Assembly: GCA_964016885.1 (NCBI GenBank)
Contig: OZ024744.1
Coordinates: 115,816,001-115,880,000 of the forward strand
Origin: Eledone cirrhosa
Taxonomy: Eukaryota
Direction: 5' to 3'
DNA length: 64,000 nt
Shown here: piece after piece, positions 13,100-25,207 of the stretch
Layout: each line of letters begins with the position of its first letter
Numbering within the stretch: position 1 is the first letter of the stretch
The notes under the pieces: model-generated
What the model was told of the DNA's origin: nothing
Databases searched by the model: none
The model's input: the letters and a program-made list of their open reading frames with translations, nothing else
Made by a program: the position numbers and the translations under genes

Positions 13100-13590
13100 T
13101 TTAGGATATGTTCTGTATCAGTGTATATATATTAAAAGAATGACAATAATTACAGATGAGTGTTGTGACATGGTTTTACTTCAGTAAAGTCAAATAAATT
13201 GATATAAATAATTGTTACCACATGTTGATGGTCAATTGGTCACAACTCCCAGACTGGAGTGTGTGGAGAAGAACAGAAATGTTCTCTTGGTAAGGTTCAA
13301 GTGTTTCTTTAGGCTGCCACCGCAGGAAGTGAGACAGGAGTCATCTCTTGAGTAGGTCTGAGGTATTCTTGTTGCGGGCGAAGGAAGTCAGAGAGTTATG
13401 CCTTGATTGTCCTCAAATATATAGTCTCCAGGGGGACGCAATTCCATTTTGTACATGGATCTGCTACAGGGAGTAGCGACCATCACAAAGGGATGCAACT
13501 CCTATACGTGTCTGCCACTGGGAGTCGCGACCATCGCAAAAGGACGTAACTCCTATACGTGCTGAGTTACAGCCATAAGGGGCCGCTACA
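13100..13590 (-). repeat. 5' LTR
   Basis: Direct repeat of 8641-9125 with scattered substitutions and indels. Confidence 0.93.
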
Positions 13591-13676
13591 TATATATATT
13601 GATGAAAGGTATAAATATATATTTATGTGTGTATTTATGTGTATATGTATGTATTTATGTGTATATTTATGTGTGT

Positions 13677-14254
13677 AAAATTTGTCATAGATTACCAGGG
13701 GATTAACTTAATTGGGTGCCTGAGAGTAAAATGTTCAACCCACGAAAGCCAAAACGATAAGGTTTAAGTAAAAAGGTATTCGACAAACCGAACATGTATT
13801 TGTTGTGCTATGGTACACTGAAAGCAATAGTTACAGAGCAGTAAGCATGTGGGACTGCAGTGGTGGAGAGCATGAAGGAATTTAGTTGGATACTTTTATG
13901 GTTACAGGCCCTAACGCAACCAAAATGCTAAACAATGCGGACCCCGGACAAAAATTTGAAATCTTTTCCAGTGAAGAAAATTTGTGAAACATAAGTAATG
14001 CATATGCCAAGTTTTAAAAAATCGGTTGGGTACTTCTGGAGTTACGGGCCCTAACGCAACCAAAATGCTTTAAAAAATCAGATTTTCGCCTAATGCGGTC
14101 CCTAGGGCATTGAAATTTGAAATATTTGTTGCTCAAAACACTCACATGACCATAAGTATTACATGTGTAAAGTTTGAAAAAAATCAGTTGGGTGATTCTC
14201 TAGTTTTAGGGGGACAGACAGACAGACAGACATTCTCTGTTTTAGATATATAGA
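13677..14254 (-). mobile_element. Non-autonomous Helitron, copy B (3' hairpin/CTAG end missing)
   Basis: Near identical to 21380-21921; TC 5' end at 14254. Confidence 0.82.
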
Positions 14255-14586
14255 TATTGATGATATATATATATTGATGATAGATAGATATATATTTGTG
14301 TGTATATGTACGATATGTGTATGTATATTACATGTATGCTATATGTGTATGTCAGTTTTTGTGGTAAGCTAACACACTGACAGCATTGCCACAAATGATA
14401 GCGAGACTAAGATGCTAGAATAACCAAGCACCCTCAATAGTATCACCTGCTAACTCGGAAAGACTGAGTGATAGCATGGCTAAGATGTTGGAATATCCAA
14501 ACACCCTTGTCAGCATCACCTAACACATTGATATGGTGAGCCACCCTCAAAGACAAGAGTTTATATTTCAGTCAGAACTAGATTTA

Positions 14587-14708
14587 TCAACAATATTGTA
14601 TTGAACTGGAGCAAACACCTAACACCTGTCTGACCCCTGATTAGATACAACAATATTGTATTGAACTGGAGAAAACACCTAACACCTGTCTGACCCCTGA
14701 TTAGATAC
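14587..14708. repeat. 60-bp tandem repeat, 2 units
   Basis: CAACAATATTGTATTGAACTGGAGCAAACACCTAACACCTGTCTGACCCCTGATTAGATA; 6 units in the paralog at 22255-22616. Confidence 0.9.
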
Positions 14709-14727
14709 ACCCACAGAAATATTATTT

Positions 14728-15962
14728 ATGTCTAAGACTAAAGTTCTAGTTTGTAGGAAGGAAAATAGGGCGCCGGTCCCATCCAGGAAATGGCCATGCT
14801 CAGTGTGTAGGAAAGGAGTAGGTAGAAACTCCATTTTATGTCCCAAATGCAAAGTATGGGTGCATAAAAGATGTAGTGGGATCACAGGTAAGCTAACTAA
14901 GAACATAGATTTTACATGTGGCCGGTGCTCTGGTGCAATAAGTAGCAGCAAGTTCCCACAGAATACTAGCTTATTCCATTGCACAGATGGTTCTATAGAA
15001 ATAGTGGACAGCTTCCGTTACCTTGGTGACAAAATCAGCAGTGGGGGAGGGTGCTCTGAAAGTACAGTAGCTAGAGTCAGAACGGGATGGAAAAAGTTCA
15101 GAGGTCTTATACCAGTATTGGCCGCTAAAGGGTTCTCCCTAAAAATAAAAGGCAGGCTGTATGATGCCTGCATACGAACAGCAATGTTACATGGCAGTGA
15201 GACCTGGGCATTGTGTGCAGAGGATATATGCAGACTGGAGAGGAACGAAGCTTGCATGCTCCGCTGGATGTGTAATAGTAATATACGTGAACGGCAAAGC
15301 ATAAACGATCTAAGGGAGAAATTAGGAATAAGAGGGATCAGATGTTGTTTACTCGAGAGAAGACTATGTTGGTATGGTCACGTGATGCGCATGAAAGACG
15401 ACAGCTGTATAACAAAGTGTAGGGCAATAAAAATAGACGGTAGCCACGGAGTAGGCAGACCCAGAAAAACCTGGGACGACTTGATAAATTCCGACCACAC
15501 ACACACTTACACCTCTCCAAGACAATGTCACTGGACCGAGATCTTTGGCGCTACGTAGTAATACAGAAGACCCGCCTTACCTAAGTACAAAGTGAAACCT
15601 ACTACAGTCAGTAGGCACCTCTAATAAAATACACCCCCGTCCCACTACCCCCACCCCATCCACACCACCCCTTTCAATGTAAAGTTATGTTGGTACCACA
15701 ACATCCAGCCCGAAACAAATGAGGTCTTGTAGGTGTCACGACAAATAAACACGCTGTAATTTGGCCGTGTAGGCAACACGGTAAAAACCTCCCAGTCCAC
15801 ACTGTAAACGTGGTTGGTGTTAGGAAGGGCATCCAGCCGTAGAAAACCCGCCAGACAGTCCTATGTGAGCAAGACAACCAATCTTGCCTCAAGTGGGAAA
15901 ACTCCCGTCCAAACCCATGCAAGCGTGGAAGATGGATGTTAAACGATGATGATGATGATGAT
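14728..15962 (+). mobile_element. 5'-truncated RTE LINE (C-terminal ORF with PHD-like finger, 3'UTR, (GAT)n tail)
   Basis: 276-aa ORF with FRYLG, LHGSETW, RLCWYGHV, GRPRKTW; absent from the paralogous site at 22635. Confidence 0.93.
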
Positions 15963-16455
15963 GTCAGGTAAGGCTACTACTGATGCCCTCTTTCCACCGA
16001 GACAACTACAGAAGAAGTACTTAACTAAGTGTAAGTCACAGTACCTAGCGTTTGTGGATCTGAAGAAGGCTTTTTACAGGGTCCCTGGCTCTGTAATCTG
16101 GTGGGCCCACAGAAAGCTAGGGGTAAACAAATGGCCTGTGAGAGCTGTGCAGGCCATGTATGAAGGTGCAACCAGGAGAGAGAGAGTTGGCTATAAGAGA
16201 TGAATTTGAAATATGCTCTGATAGATGTGTAATGTTAATGTGTATGAACAATTTAGTATAAGTGAGCTGAGAGAAAATTTGACATAAGAGGAATCGATGT
16301 GCAAGAGAAAAGACTGTGTCAGTATGGACATATGATGTGTATGAAGGGTTAGAGCTTCATACAGAAATGCAGACAAATCCAGGAAGACAAGGGATGATGT
16401 TGTGAAGACTGACATGACAACAGTGAGGACTGCAGGTGCTGTGGTGGTAAACACC
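15961..16455 (+). pseudogene. Old, internally deleted RTE fragment
   Basis: TTDALF..QKKY..AFVDLKKAF; duplicate at 22635-23130. Confidence 0.85.
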
Positions 16456-16579
16456 CAGCCTATATTGTCACCTGTCTTGTGTCACTAGCACTAACAGTTA
16501 TATACAACACTTAGCTGTCTTAAAAACCTCTGGACACCCTCACTATTCACACTCTAGTAGCCATTCTCTGCACTATTGT

Positions 16580-17340
16580 GCACCCTAGCAGCTATCCCCA
16601 CCATCACTACACTCCCCCAACTTAGCAGCTATCCCCACCATCACTACACTCCCCCACCCTAGCAGCTATCCCCACCACCACATAACTCCCCCACCCTAGC
16701 AGCTATCCCCACCACCATTTAACTCCCCCACCCTAGCAGCTATCCTCACTACACTCCCCCACCCTAGCAGCTATCCCCACCATCACTACACTCCCCCAAC
16801 TTAGCAGCTATCCCCCACCATCACTACACTCCCGCACCCTAGCAGCTATCCCCACCACCACATAACTCCCCCACCCTAGCAGCTATCCCCACCACCATTT
16901 AACACCCCCACCCTAGCAGCTATCCGCACCATCACTACACTCCCCCAACTTAGCAGCTATCCCCCACCATCACTACACTCCCCCACCCTAGCAGCTATCC
17001 CCACCACCACATAACTCCCCCACCCTAGGAGCTATCCCCACCACCACATAACTCCCCCACCCTAGCAGCTATCCCCCACCATCACTACACTCCCCCACCC
17101 TAGCAGCTATCCTCACTACACTCACCCACCCTAGGAGCTATCCCCATCACCACTACACTCCGCCACCCTAGCAGCTATCCCCACCACCATTTAACTCCCC
17201 CACCCTAGCAGCTATCCCCACCACCATTTAACTCCCCTACCCATGCAGCTATCCCCACCATCACTATACTCCCCCACCTTAGCAATTATCCCCACCATCA
17301 CTACACTCCCCCACCTTAGCAGCTATCGCCACCATCACAC
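16580..17340. repeat. C-rich ~38-bp minisatellite within an RTE 3'UTR
   Basis: CCCTAGCAGCTATCCCCACCATCACTACACTCCCCCA units; paralog at 23256-23870. Confidence 0.93.
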
Positions 17341-17419
17341 CCTACTATCAGGCAGGTCTGTAGCCCTGCTTCACTAGGGCTCTATGTAGACCTGTCCAAC
17401 CCTGGTTAGCAGGGAAAGG

Positions 17420-18180
17420 GGACGTTAAACGGTGTTGGTGATGGTGGTGATGATGGCAATAATATAATTATAGTTTAACTTGATTCATGAAATGACTAAT
17501 TTAGGTCGCCATGCCCCAATTCTAAAACAAATTGTAATATATGTAACAAGGGAGGTAATCCAAGGCAACTGTTGTCTTAAATGATATTACTGTGTTATGA
17601 CTTATTAAACTAAATATATTTTGAATTAAAACTAAACATAAATTATTCCCAATATATACAGTGAGTCTATGTTTCGATGTACTTAAATAACATATACCCA
17701 ATGACTGGTGCAATCGTAAATTGCTACAAGGGTAAAGGTGATACCCTAGAAAGGAGCAACTATAAGGGAATATAATTAATGGACCAAGTTATGAAAGTAA
17801 CAGAGTTATAGCACAACTAATTAGGGAAAGAGTTAAATTAGACGAGATGCAGTTCAGAGAAGTTCCTAGCTAATAATAAGCTTCTATATTTAGTTTTGTT
17901 TTGGTCTAGAAAAGGCTGAGTATCACGATCTATTATCTGGTGGTCCTTAAATAAATTGGGTGAAGAAGAATGGCTTGTGAGAGCAGTGCGAGTTTATTAT
18001 AGTCTTTCAGGCCATAGCAAAGGAGTTTAAGACATGATGTATATGGAAACCTCTGTACTCTGATGATCTAGTCTTCATAGCAGAATCCATAGAGAAACTA
18101 GAGAAGAAGTTCTGTTGAAACAGAATTTACAATCAAAAGGTTTTAGAGTAAAGTTAGCCAAAACTAAAGTGTTGGTAAGT
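17420..18180 (+). repeat. Duplicated segment copy B
   Basis: Matches 6560-7322. Confidence 0.95.
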
Positions 18181-18474
18181 AAATACACACCCATACACAT
18201 ACACACACACACACATACGTACATACACATACATACACATGCCCACACAATCATACACATTTATATATATATATACACCTATACATACATATATAAATAC
18301 ATACGCACACCCATATACACATACATACACACACACATACACATGCACAGCATTGCATACGCACATGCACATACACACACATACACATACATACACAAGC
18401 CCACACATGTATACACATATATATATATACACACATACAATACATACACATATATATACACACATACACAAAAG

Positions 18475-19600
18475 ACTTATGGCGAAACTCTCTGCAATGG
18501 GTGTGAAGGATAATCTTTTTAACTTGTTGAAGTCCTTCATTCTCAGTCGAAGAGAGGTAGTCACGGTTCTAGGACAGCATTCTTCACCATATGAGATGTC
18601 ATCTGGTGTACCACAGGGATCTGTTCTTGGTCCCCTTTTGTTTGTGGCATATATTAATGACATAGATGCCAACTTACAGAATGCCACGGTACTGAAATAT
18701 GCAGATGACATCAAGCTGTACCTTGAAATCAAAAGGACTGATCCTGAAATCTACAACTCTTTCCTACAATCAGACCTGGACACAATGCAGCAATGGATCA
18801 CAGACTGGGAACTGAAGCTGGCTGTGGACAAGTGTACCACCATGCATTTTGGGAGGAAAATCCTGCGTCCACATACTCCCTCCACAACACTGATATCAAG
18901 AAGTCCTCTTGTGAACGTGACCTGGGCATTACTGTCAGCAGCGATTTGCGTTGGACAAAGCACGTCTCTAAGATTGTCAAGAAGGCCAAGGGTGTCTTGG
19001 CATCACTCAGCAAGACCTTTGTTAGCCGCTCTCCAGCCATCTATTTAAAGCTGTATACAGCTATGGTACAACCACACTTCGAATTTGGATCATCAATCTG
19101 GAACCCCTATCTTGCTCAGAACATTGACCTCCTGGAAACTGTTCAGAGACGTGCAACCAAGCGCATACCCTCCATCAGACACCTACCTTACTCTGAACGC
19201 CTTGCTTCCCTGGGCATGGATTCATTGAAACTCTGACGTCTGGCAATGGACTTGGTAAACACCCATAAAGTTATTAACCATCTCGCCAACAACAACCCTG
19301 AGCACCTTTTTGATCTCCATGTGTCTAACACACGTGGACATGCCTACAAAATCAGAAAACAGCACAGCTCCCATGACTTTCGGAAACATTTTTTCCCGCT
19401 TAGAGTTGCTGAAGCATGGAACAAACTGCCTGCGTCAGTTGTTAGTTGCCGAGAGACTGCATCCTTTAAAACCCTCATGCTTTGCGAAATTTGCCAAAAC
19501 TACACCTGATGTACCCCTTCCATACACATGCACACATGTTTATATCATGACTCATGCACTGTTGATTTTCCTGACGTTTGTACATTACTCTATGTACCAC
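18475..19600 (+). mobile_element. 5'-truncated CR1-clade LINE (RT C-terminal half), frameshifted; its 3'UTR resumes at ~20545-20620
   Basis: SGVPQGSVLGPLLF, KYADD, ERDLG, VQRRATK, WNKLP. Confidence 0.93.
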
Positions 19601-20543
19601 CAAGTACCACCAGGTACGACCAATCTCTGGGAGGGCTCTGTAGAAACAGTAGACAGCTTCTGCTACCTAGGTGACCGAATTAGCAGTAGAGGTGGGTGTT
19701 CAGAAAGTACAATAACTAGGGTAAGAACGGGATGGAAGAAGTTCAGGGAACTACTGCCACTGCTAGCTGCAAAAGGCTTTTCCCTCAAAATGAAAGGCAG
19801 ACTGTATGATGCGTGTATCTGAACAGCAATGTTACATGGTAGTGAGACCTGGGCGCTGTCTGTAGATGATTTGCGCAGATTAGAAAGAAACGAAGCCTGC
19901 ATGCTCCGATGGATGTGTAATAGTAATATACGCGAACGACAAAGCATAAATGAATTGAGAGAGAGACTGAGCATAAGAGGAATCAAATGCTGTGTGCAGG
20001 AGAGGTGGTTGCGTTGGTATGGACATGTGATGCGTATGAAGGATGACAGCTGCATAAAAAGGTGCAGAGCACTAGAAGTCAATGGAAACCGTGGAGTGGG
20101 GAGACCCAAGAAGACCTGGGATGAGGTGATAAAATCCGACCTTACCCAATTACACCTCTCAAAGGCGATGACACACGAACGTGACCTCTGGCGTCACGCA
20201 GTAATACAGAGTACCCGACCTCCCATGGGTACAAGCTGAAGCATATAGACAATATTCCCCCACACCCTCCCACTGCAAGGTGGTCGTGGAGGTGCCACGG
20301 CAAAAAAGCACCCAGCCCACACTGTAAAGTGGACGTATAGGCGCCACGGAAAAAAAGCACCCAGCACTCACTGTAAATGAGGTTGGTGTTAGGAAGGGCA
20401 TCCAGCTGTAGAAATCAAGCCAGATCAGTTCCTGTATGAACAAGGCATGGTCAGCCGACCAGACACTGCCCACAACAGGACAACCCGTCTAACCCATGCT
20501 AGCATGGAAGAACGGACGTAAAACGGTGATGATGATGATGATG
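19600..20543 (+). mobile_element. 5'-truncated RTE inserted in the CR1 3'UTR
   Basis: FCYLGD, LHGSETW, WYGHV, GRPKKTW, (GAT)n tail; empty site at ~26330. Confidence 0.92.
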
Positions 20544-20771
20544 ACTATACATACACTTTTGATGAGTTGTAGTGCACCTGAGCACTGTACATAATATTTT
20601 CATTATTATATTATTATATATACACACATATACATACATACATACATACACACATACACACATACACACACACACATATACATACATATATACACATACA
20701 TATATACCACCTTACAGGGTAGACAGGGTATTTTTATCCATGATTGATGGATGCTAATCAATGAGGTTGAT

Positions 20772-21218
20772 GATCATCATCATCATCATCGTTTAACGTC
20801 CATCTTCCACGCTTGCATGGGTTTGGACGGGAGTTTTCCCACTTGAGGCAAGATTGGTTGTCCTGCTCGTATAGGACTGTCTGGCGGGTTTTCTACGGTT
20901 GGATGCCCTTCCTAACACCAACCACATTTACAGTGTGGACTGGGAGGTTTTTACCGTGTTACCTACACGGCCACATTACAGCGTGGACTGTGTGTTTTTG
21001 TCGTGACACCTACACGATCTCATTTGTTTTGGACTGGATGTTGTGGTACCAACATAACTTCACATTGAAGGGGTGGTGTGGATGGAGTGGGGGTAGTGGG
21101 ACAGGGGTGTATTTTTGTTAGAGGTGCCTACTGACTGTAGGTTTTGCTTTGTACTTAGGCAAGGGGGGGGGTCTTCTGTATTACTGTGTAGCGCCAAAGA
21201 TCTCGGTTCAGTGACATT
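20772..21218 (-). mobile_element. RTE 3'UTR fragment, inverted
   Basis: Reverse complement of ~15525-15960; (CAT)n at the left end. Confidence 0.92.
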
Positions 21219-21244
21219 ATATATATATATTGATGATATACATA

Positions 21245-21921
21245 CTAGCAGAATGGCCTGGTGTTGCTCTGGTTTCTGAACATAGATTGGTATGTTTATC
21301 CCTCCTTTCTGAAACAGTACAGAGAAGTACGGAGTACCTTGGCCTGGGGATGGTGTCTACATTTTGTGCTTATAAAAAAAATTTGTCATAGATTACCAAC
21401 TTAATTGGGTGCCAAAACGATAAGGTTTAAGTAAAAAGGTATTCGACAAACCGAACATGTATTTGTTGTGCTATGGTACACTGAAAGCAATAGTTACAGA
21501 GCAGTAAGCATGTGGGACTGCAGTGGTGGAGAGCATGAAGGAATTTAGTTGGATACTTTTAAGGTTACAGGCCCTAACGCAACCAAAATGCTAAACAATG
21601 CGGACCCCGGACAAAAATTTGAAATCTTTTCCAGTGAAGAAAATTTGTGAAACATAAGTAATGCATATGCCAAGTTTTAAAAAATCGGTTGGGTACTTCT
21701 GGAGTTACGGGCCCTAACGCAACCAAAATGCTTTAAAAAATCAGATTTTCGCCTAATGCGGTCCCTAGGGCATTGAAATTTGAAATATTTGTTGCTCAAA
21801 ACACTCACATGACCATAAGTATTACATGTGTAAAGTTTGAAAAAAATCAGTTGGGTGGTTCTCGAGTTTTAGGGGGACAGACAGACAGACAAACAGACAT
21901 TCTCTGTTTTAGATATATAGA
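21245..21921 (-). mobile_element. Non-autonomous Helitron, copy C (degenerate hairpin)
   Basis: CTAG at 21245-21248, TC end at 21921, (CTGT)n. Confidence 0.85.
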
Positions 21922-22254
21922 TATTGATGATATATATATATTGATGATAGATAGATATATATTTGTGTGTATATGTACGATATGTGTATGTATATTACAG
22001 GTATGCTATATGTGTATGTCAGTTTTTGTGGTAAGCTAACACACTGACAGCATTGCCACAAATGATAGCGAGACTAAGATGCTAGAATAACCAAGCACCC
22101 TCAATAGTATCACCTGCTAACTCGGAAAGACTGAGTGATAGCATGGCTAAGATGTTGGAATATCCAAACACCCATGTCAGCATCACCTAACACATTGATA
22201 TGGTGAGCCACCCTCAAAGACAAGAGTTTATATTTCAGTCAGAACTAGATTTAT

Positions 22255-22616
22255 CAACAATATTGTATTGAACTGGAGCAAACACCTAATACCTGTCTGA
22301 CCCCTGATTAGATACAACAATATTGTATTGAACTGGAGCAAACACCTAACACCTGTCTGACCCCTGATTAGATACAACAATATTGTATTGAACTGGAGCA
22401 AACACCTAACACCTGTCTGACCCCTGATTAGATACAACAATATTGTATTGAACTGGAGAAAACACCTAACACCTGTCTGACCCCTGATTAGATACAACAA
22501 TATTGTATTGAACTGGAGCAAACACCTAACACCTGTCTGACCCCTGATTAGATACAACAATATTGTATTGAACTGGAGAAAACACCTAACACCTGTCTGA
22601 CCCCTGATAAGATACA
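22255..22616. repeat. 60-bp tandem repeat, 6 units
   Basis: Exact 60-nt period, visible line by line. Confidence 0.97.
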
Positions 22617-22634
22617 CCCACAGAAATATTATTT

Positions 22635-23130
22635 ATGTCAGGTAAGGCTACTACTGATGCCCTCTTTCCACCGAGACAACTACAGAAGAAGTACTTAACT
22701 AAGTGTAAGCCACAGTACCTAGCATTTGTGGATCTGAAGAAGGCTTTTTACAGGGTCCCTGGCTCTGTAATCTGGTGGGCCCACAGAAAGCTAGGGGTAA
22801 ACAAATGGCCTGTGAGAGCTGTGCAGGCCATGTATGAAGGTGCAACCAGGAGAGAGAGAGTTGGCTATAAGAGATGAATTTGAAATATGCTCTGATAGAT
22901 GTGTAATGTTAATGTGTATGAACAATTTAGTATAAGTGAGCTGAGAGAAAATTTGACATAAGAGGAATCGATGTGCAAGAGAAAAGACTGTGTCAGTATG
23001 GACATATGATGTGTATGAAGGGTTAGAGCTTCATACAGAAATGCAGACAAATCCAGGAAGACAAGGGATGATGTTGTGAAGACTGACATGACAACAGTGA
23101 GGACTGCAGGTGCTGTGGTGGTAAACACCC
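22635..23130 (+). pseudogene. Old RTE fragment (duplicate of 15961-16455)
   Basis: Near-identical sequence and ORFs. Confidence 0.85.
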
Positions 23131-23255
23131 AGCCTATATTGTCACCTGTCTTGTGTCACTAGCACTAACAGTTATATACAACACTTAGCTGTCTTAAAAA
23201 CCTCTGGACACCCTCACTATTCACACTCTAGTAGCCATTCTCTGCACTATTGTGC

Positions 23256-23870
23256 ACCCTAGCAGCTATCCCCACCATCACTACACTCCCCCAACTTAGC
23301 AGCTATCCCCACCATCACTACACTCCCCCACCCTAGCAGCTATCCCCACCACCACATAATCCCCCACCTTAGCAGCTATCCCCACCACCATTTAACTCCC
23401 CCACCCTAGCAGCTATCCTCACTACACTCCCCCACCCTAGCAGCTATCCCCACCACCACATAACTCCCCCACCCTAGGAGCTATCCCCACCACCACATAA
23501 CTCCCCCACCCTAGCAGCTATCCCCACCACCATTTAACACCCCCACCCTAGCAGCTATCCGCACCATCACTACACTCCCCCAACTTAGCAGCTATCCCCA
23601 CCATCACTACACTCCCCCACCCTAGCAGCTATCCTCACTACACTCCCCCACCCTAGGAGCTATCCCCACCACCACATAACTCCCCCACCCTAGCAGCTAT
23701 CCCCACCATCACTATACTCCCCCACCTTAGCAGTTATCCCCACCATCACTACACTCCCCCACCCTAGGAGCTATCCCCACCACCACATAACTCCCCCACC
23801 CTAGCAGCTATCTCCACCATCACTACACACACTCCCCCACCTTAGCATCTATCACCACCATCACACCCTA
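23256..23870. repeat. C-rich ~38-bp minisatellite
   Basis: Same unit as 16580-17340 with a different unit order and number. Confidence 0.93.
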
Positions 23871-24154
23871 CTCTCTTCACTGTAATGTCATGTCCCCTCC
23901 ATTACACCTCCTCACCCTGTCGTATCACACACCACCTACGATACATATCCCCTTCCTATCGCCTCACATATGGTTGGTGACAGGCAGGACACCCAGCAGT
24001 AGAAACCATGCCAGTAGTGTGAAAGATAAGACAACTGTCCCTTCGTGAGCCCACCATATGTAGACACCCAGCTCTGGCCTATCTGGCAGGTCTGTAGCCC
24101 TGCTTCCCTAGGGCTCTATGTAGACCTGTCCAACCCTGGCTAGCAGGGAAAGGG

Positions 24155-24918
24155 GACGTTAAACGATGCTGGTGATGGTGATGATGATGATGGCAATAAT
24201 ATAATTATAGTTTAACTTGATTCATGAAATGACTAATTTAGGTCGCCATGCCCCAATTCTAAAACAAATTGTAATATATGTAACAAGGGAGGTAATCCAA
24301 GGCAACTGTTGTCTTAAATGATATTACTGTGTTATGACTTATTAAACTAAATATATTTTGAATTAAAACTAGACATAAATTATTCCCAATATATACAGTG
24401 AGTCTATGTTTCGATGTACTTAAATAACATATACCCAATGACTGGTGCAATCGTAAATTGCTACAAGGGTAAAGGTGATACCCTAGAAAGGAGCAACTAT
24501 AAGGGAATATAATTAATGGACCAAGTTATGAAAGTAACAGAGTTATAGCACAACTAATTAGGGAAAGAGTTAAATTAGACGAGATGCAGCTCAGAGAAGT
24601 TCCTAGCTAATAATAAGCTTCTATATTTAGTTTTGTTTTGGTCTAGAAAAGGCTGAGTATCACGATCTATTATCTGGTGGTCCTTAAATAAATTGGGTGA
24701 AGAAGAATGGCTTGTGAGAGCAGTGCGAGTTTATTATAGTCTTTCAGGCCATAGCAAAGGAGTTTAAGACATGATGTATATGGAAACCTCTGTACTCTGA
24801 TGATCTAGTCTTCATAGCAGAATCCATAGAGAAACTAGAGAAGAAGTTCTGTTGAAACAGAATTTACAATCAAAAGGTTTTAGAGTAAAGTTAGCCAAAA
24901 CTAAAGTGTTGGTAAGTA
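24155..24918 (+). repeat. Duplicated segment copy C
   Basis: Matches 6560-7322. Confidence 0.95.
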
Positions 24919-25207
24919 AATACACACCCATACACATACACACACACACATACGTACATACACATACATACACATGCCCACACAATCATACACATTTATA
25001 TATATATATACACCTATACATACATATATAAATACATACGCACACCCATATACACATACATACACACACGCATACACATGCACAGCATTGCATACGCACA
25101 TGCACATACACACACATACACATACATACACAAGCCCACACATGTATACACATATATATATATACACACATACAATACATACACATATATATACACACAT
25201 ACACAAA

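Larger units (their letters stand above)
8641..13590 (-). mobile_element. Ty3/Gypsy LTR retrotransposon (CsRN1/Kabuki-like), both LTRs present, decayed, gag mostly deleted
   Basis: Paired ~490-bp LTRs, PBS, PPT; PR (VDTGA), RT ([16 protein letters not shown]), RNase H (DAS, TDHKPL), IN (TDRGRQF, GPY) in Gypsy order; inserted in (TA)n. Confidence 0.95.
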
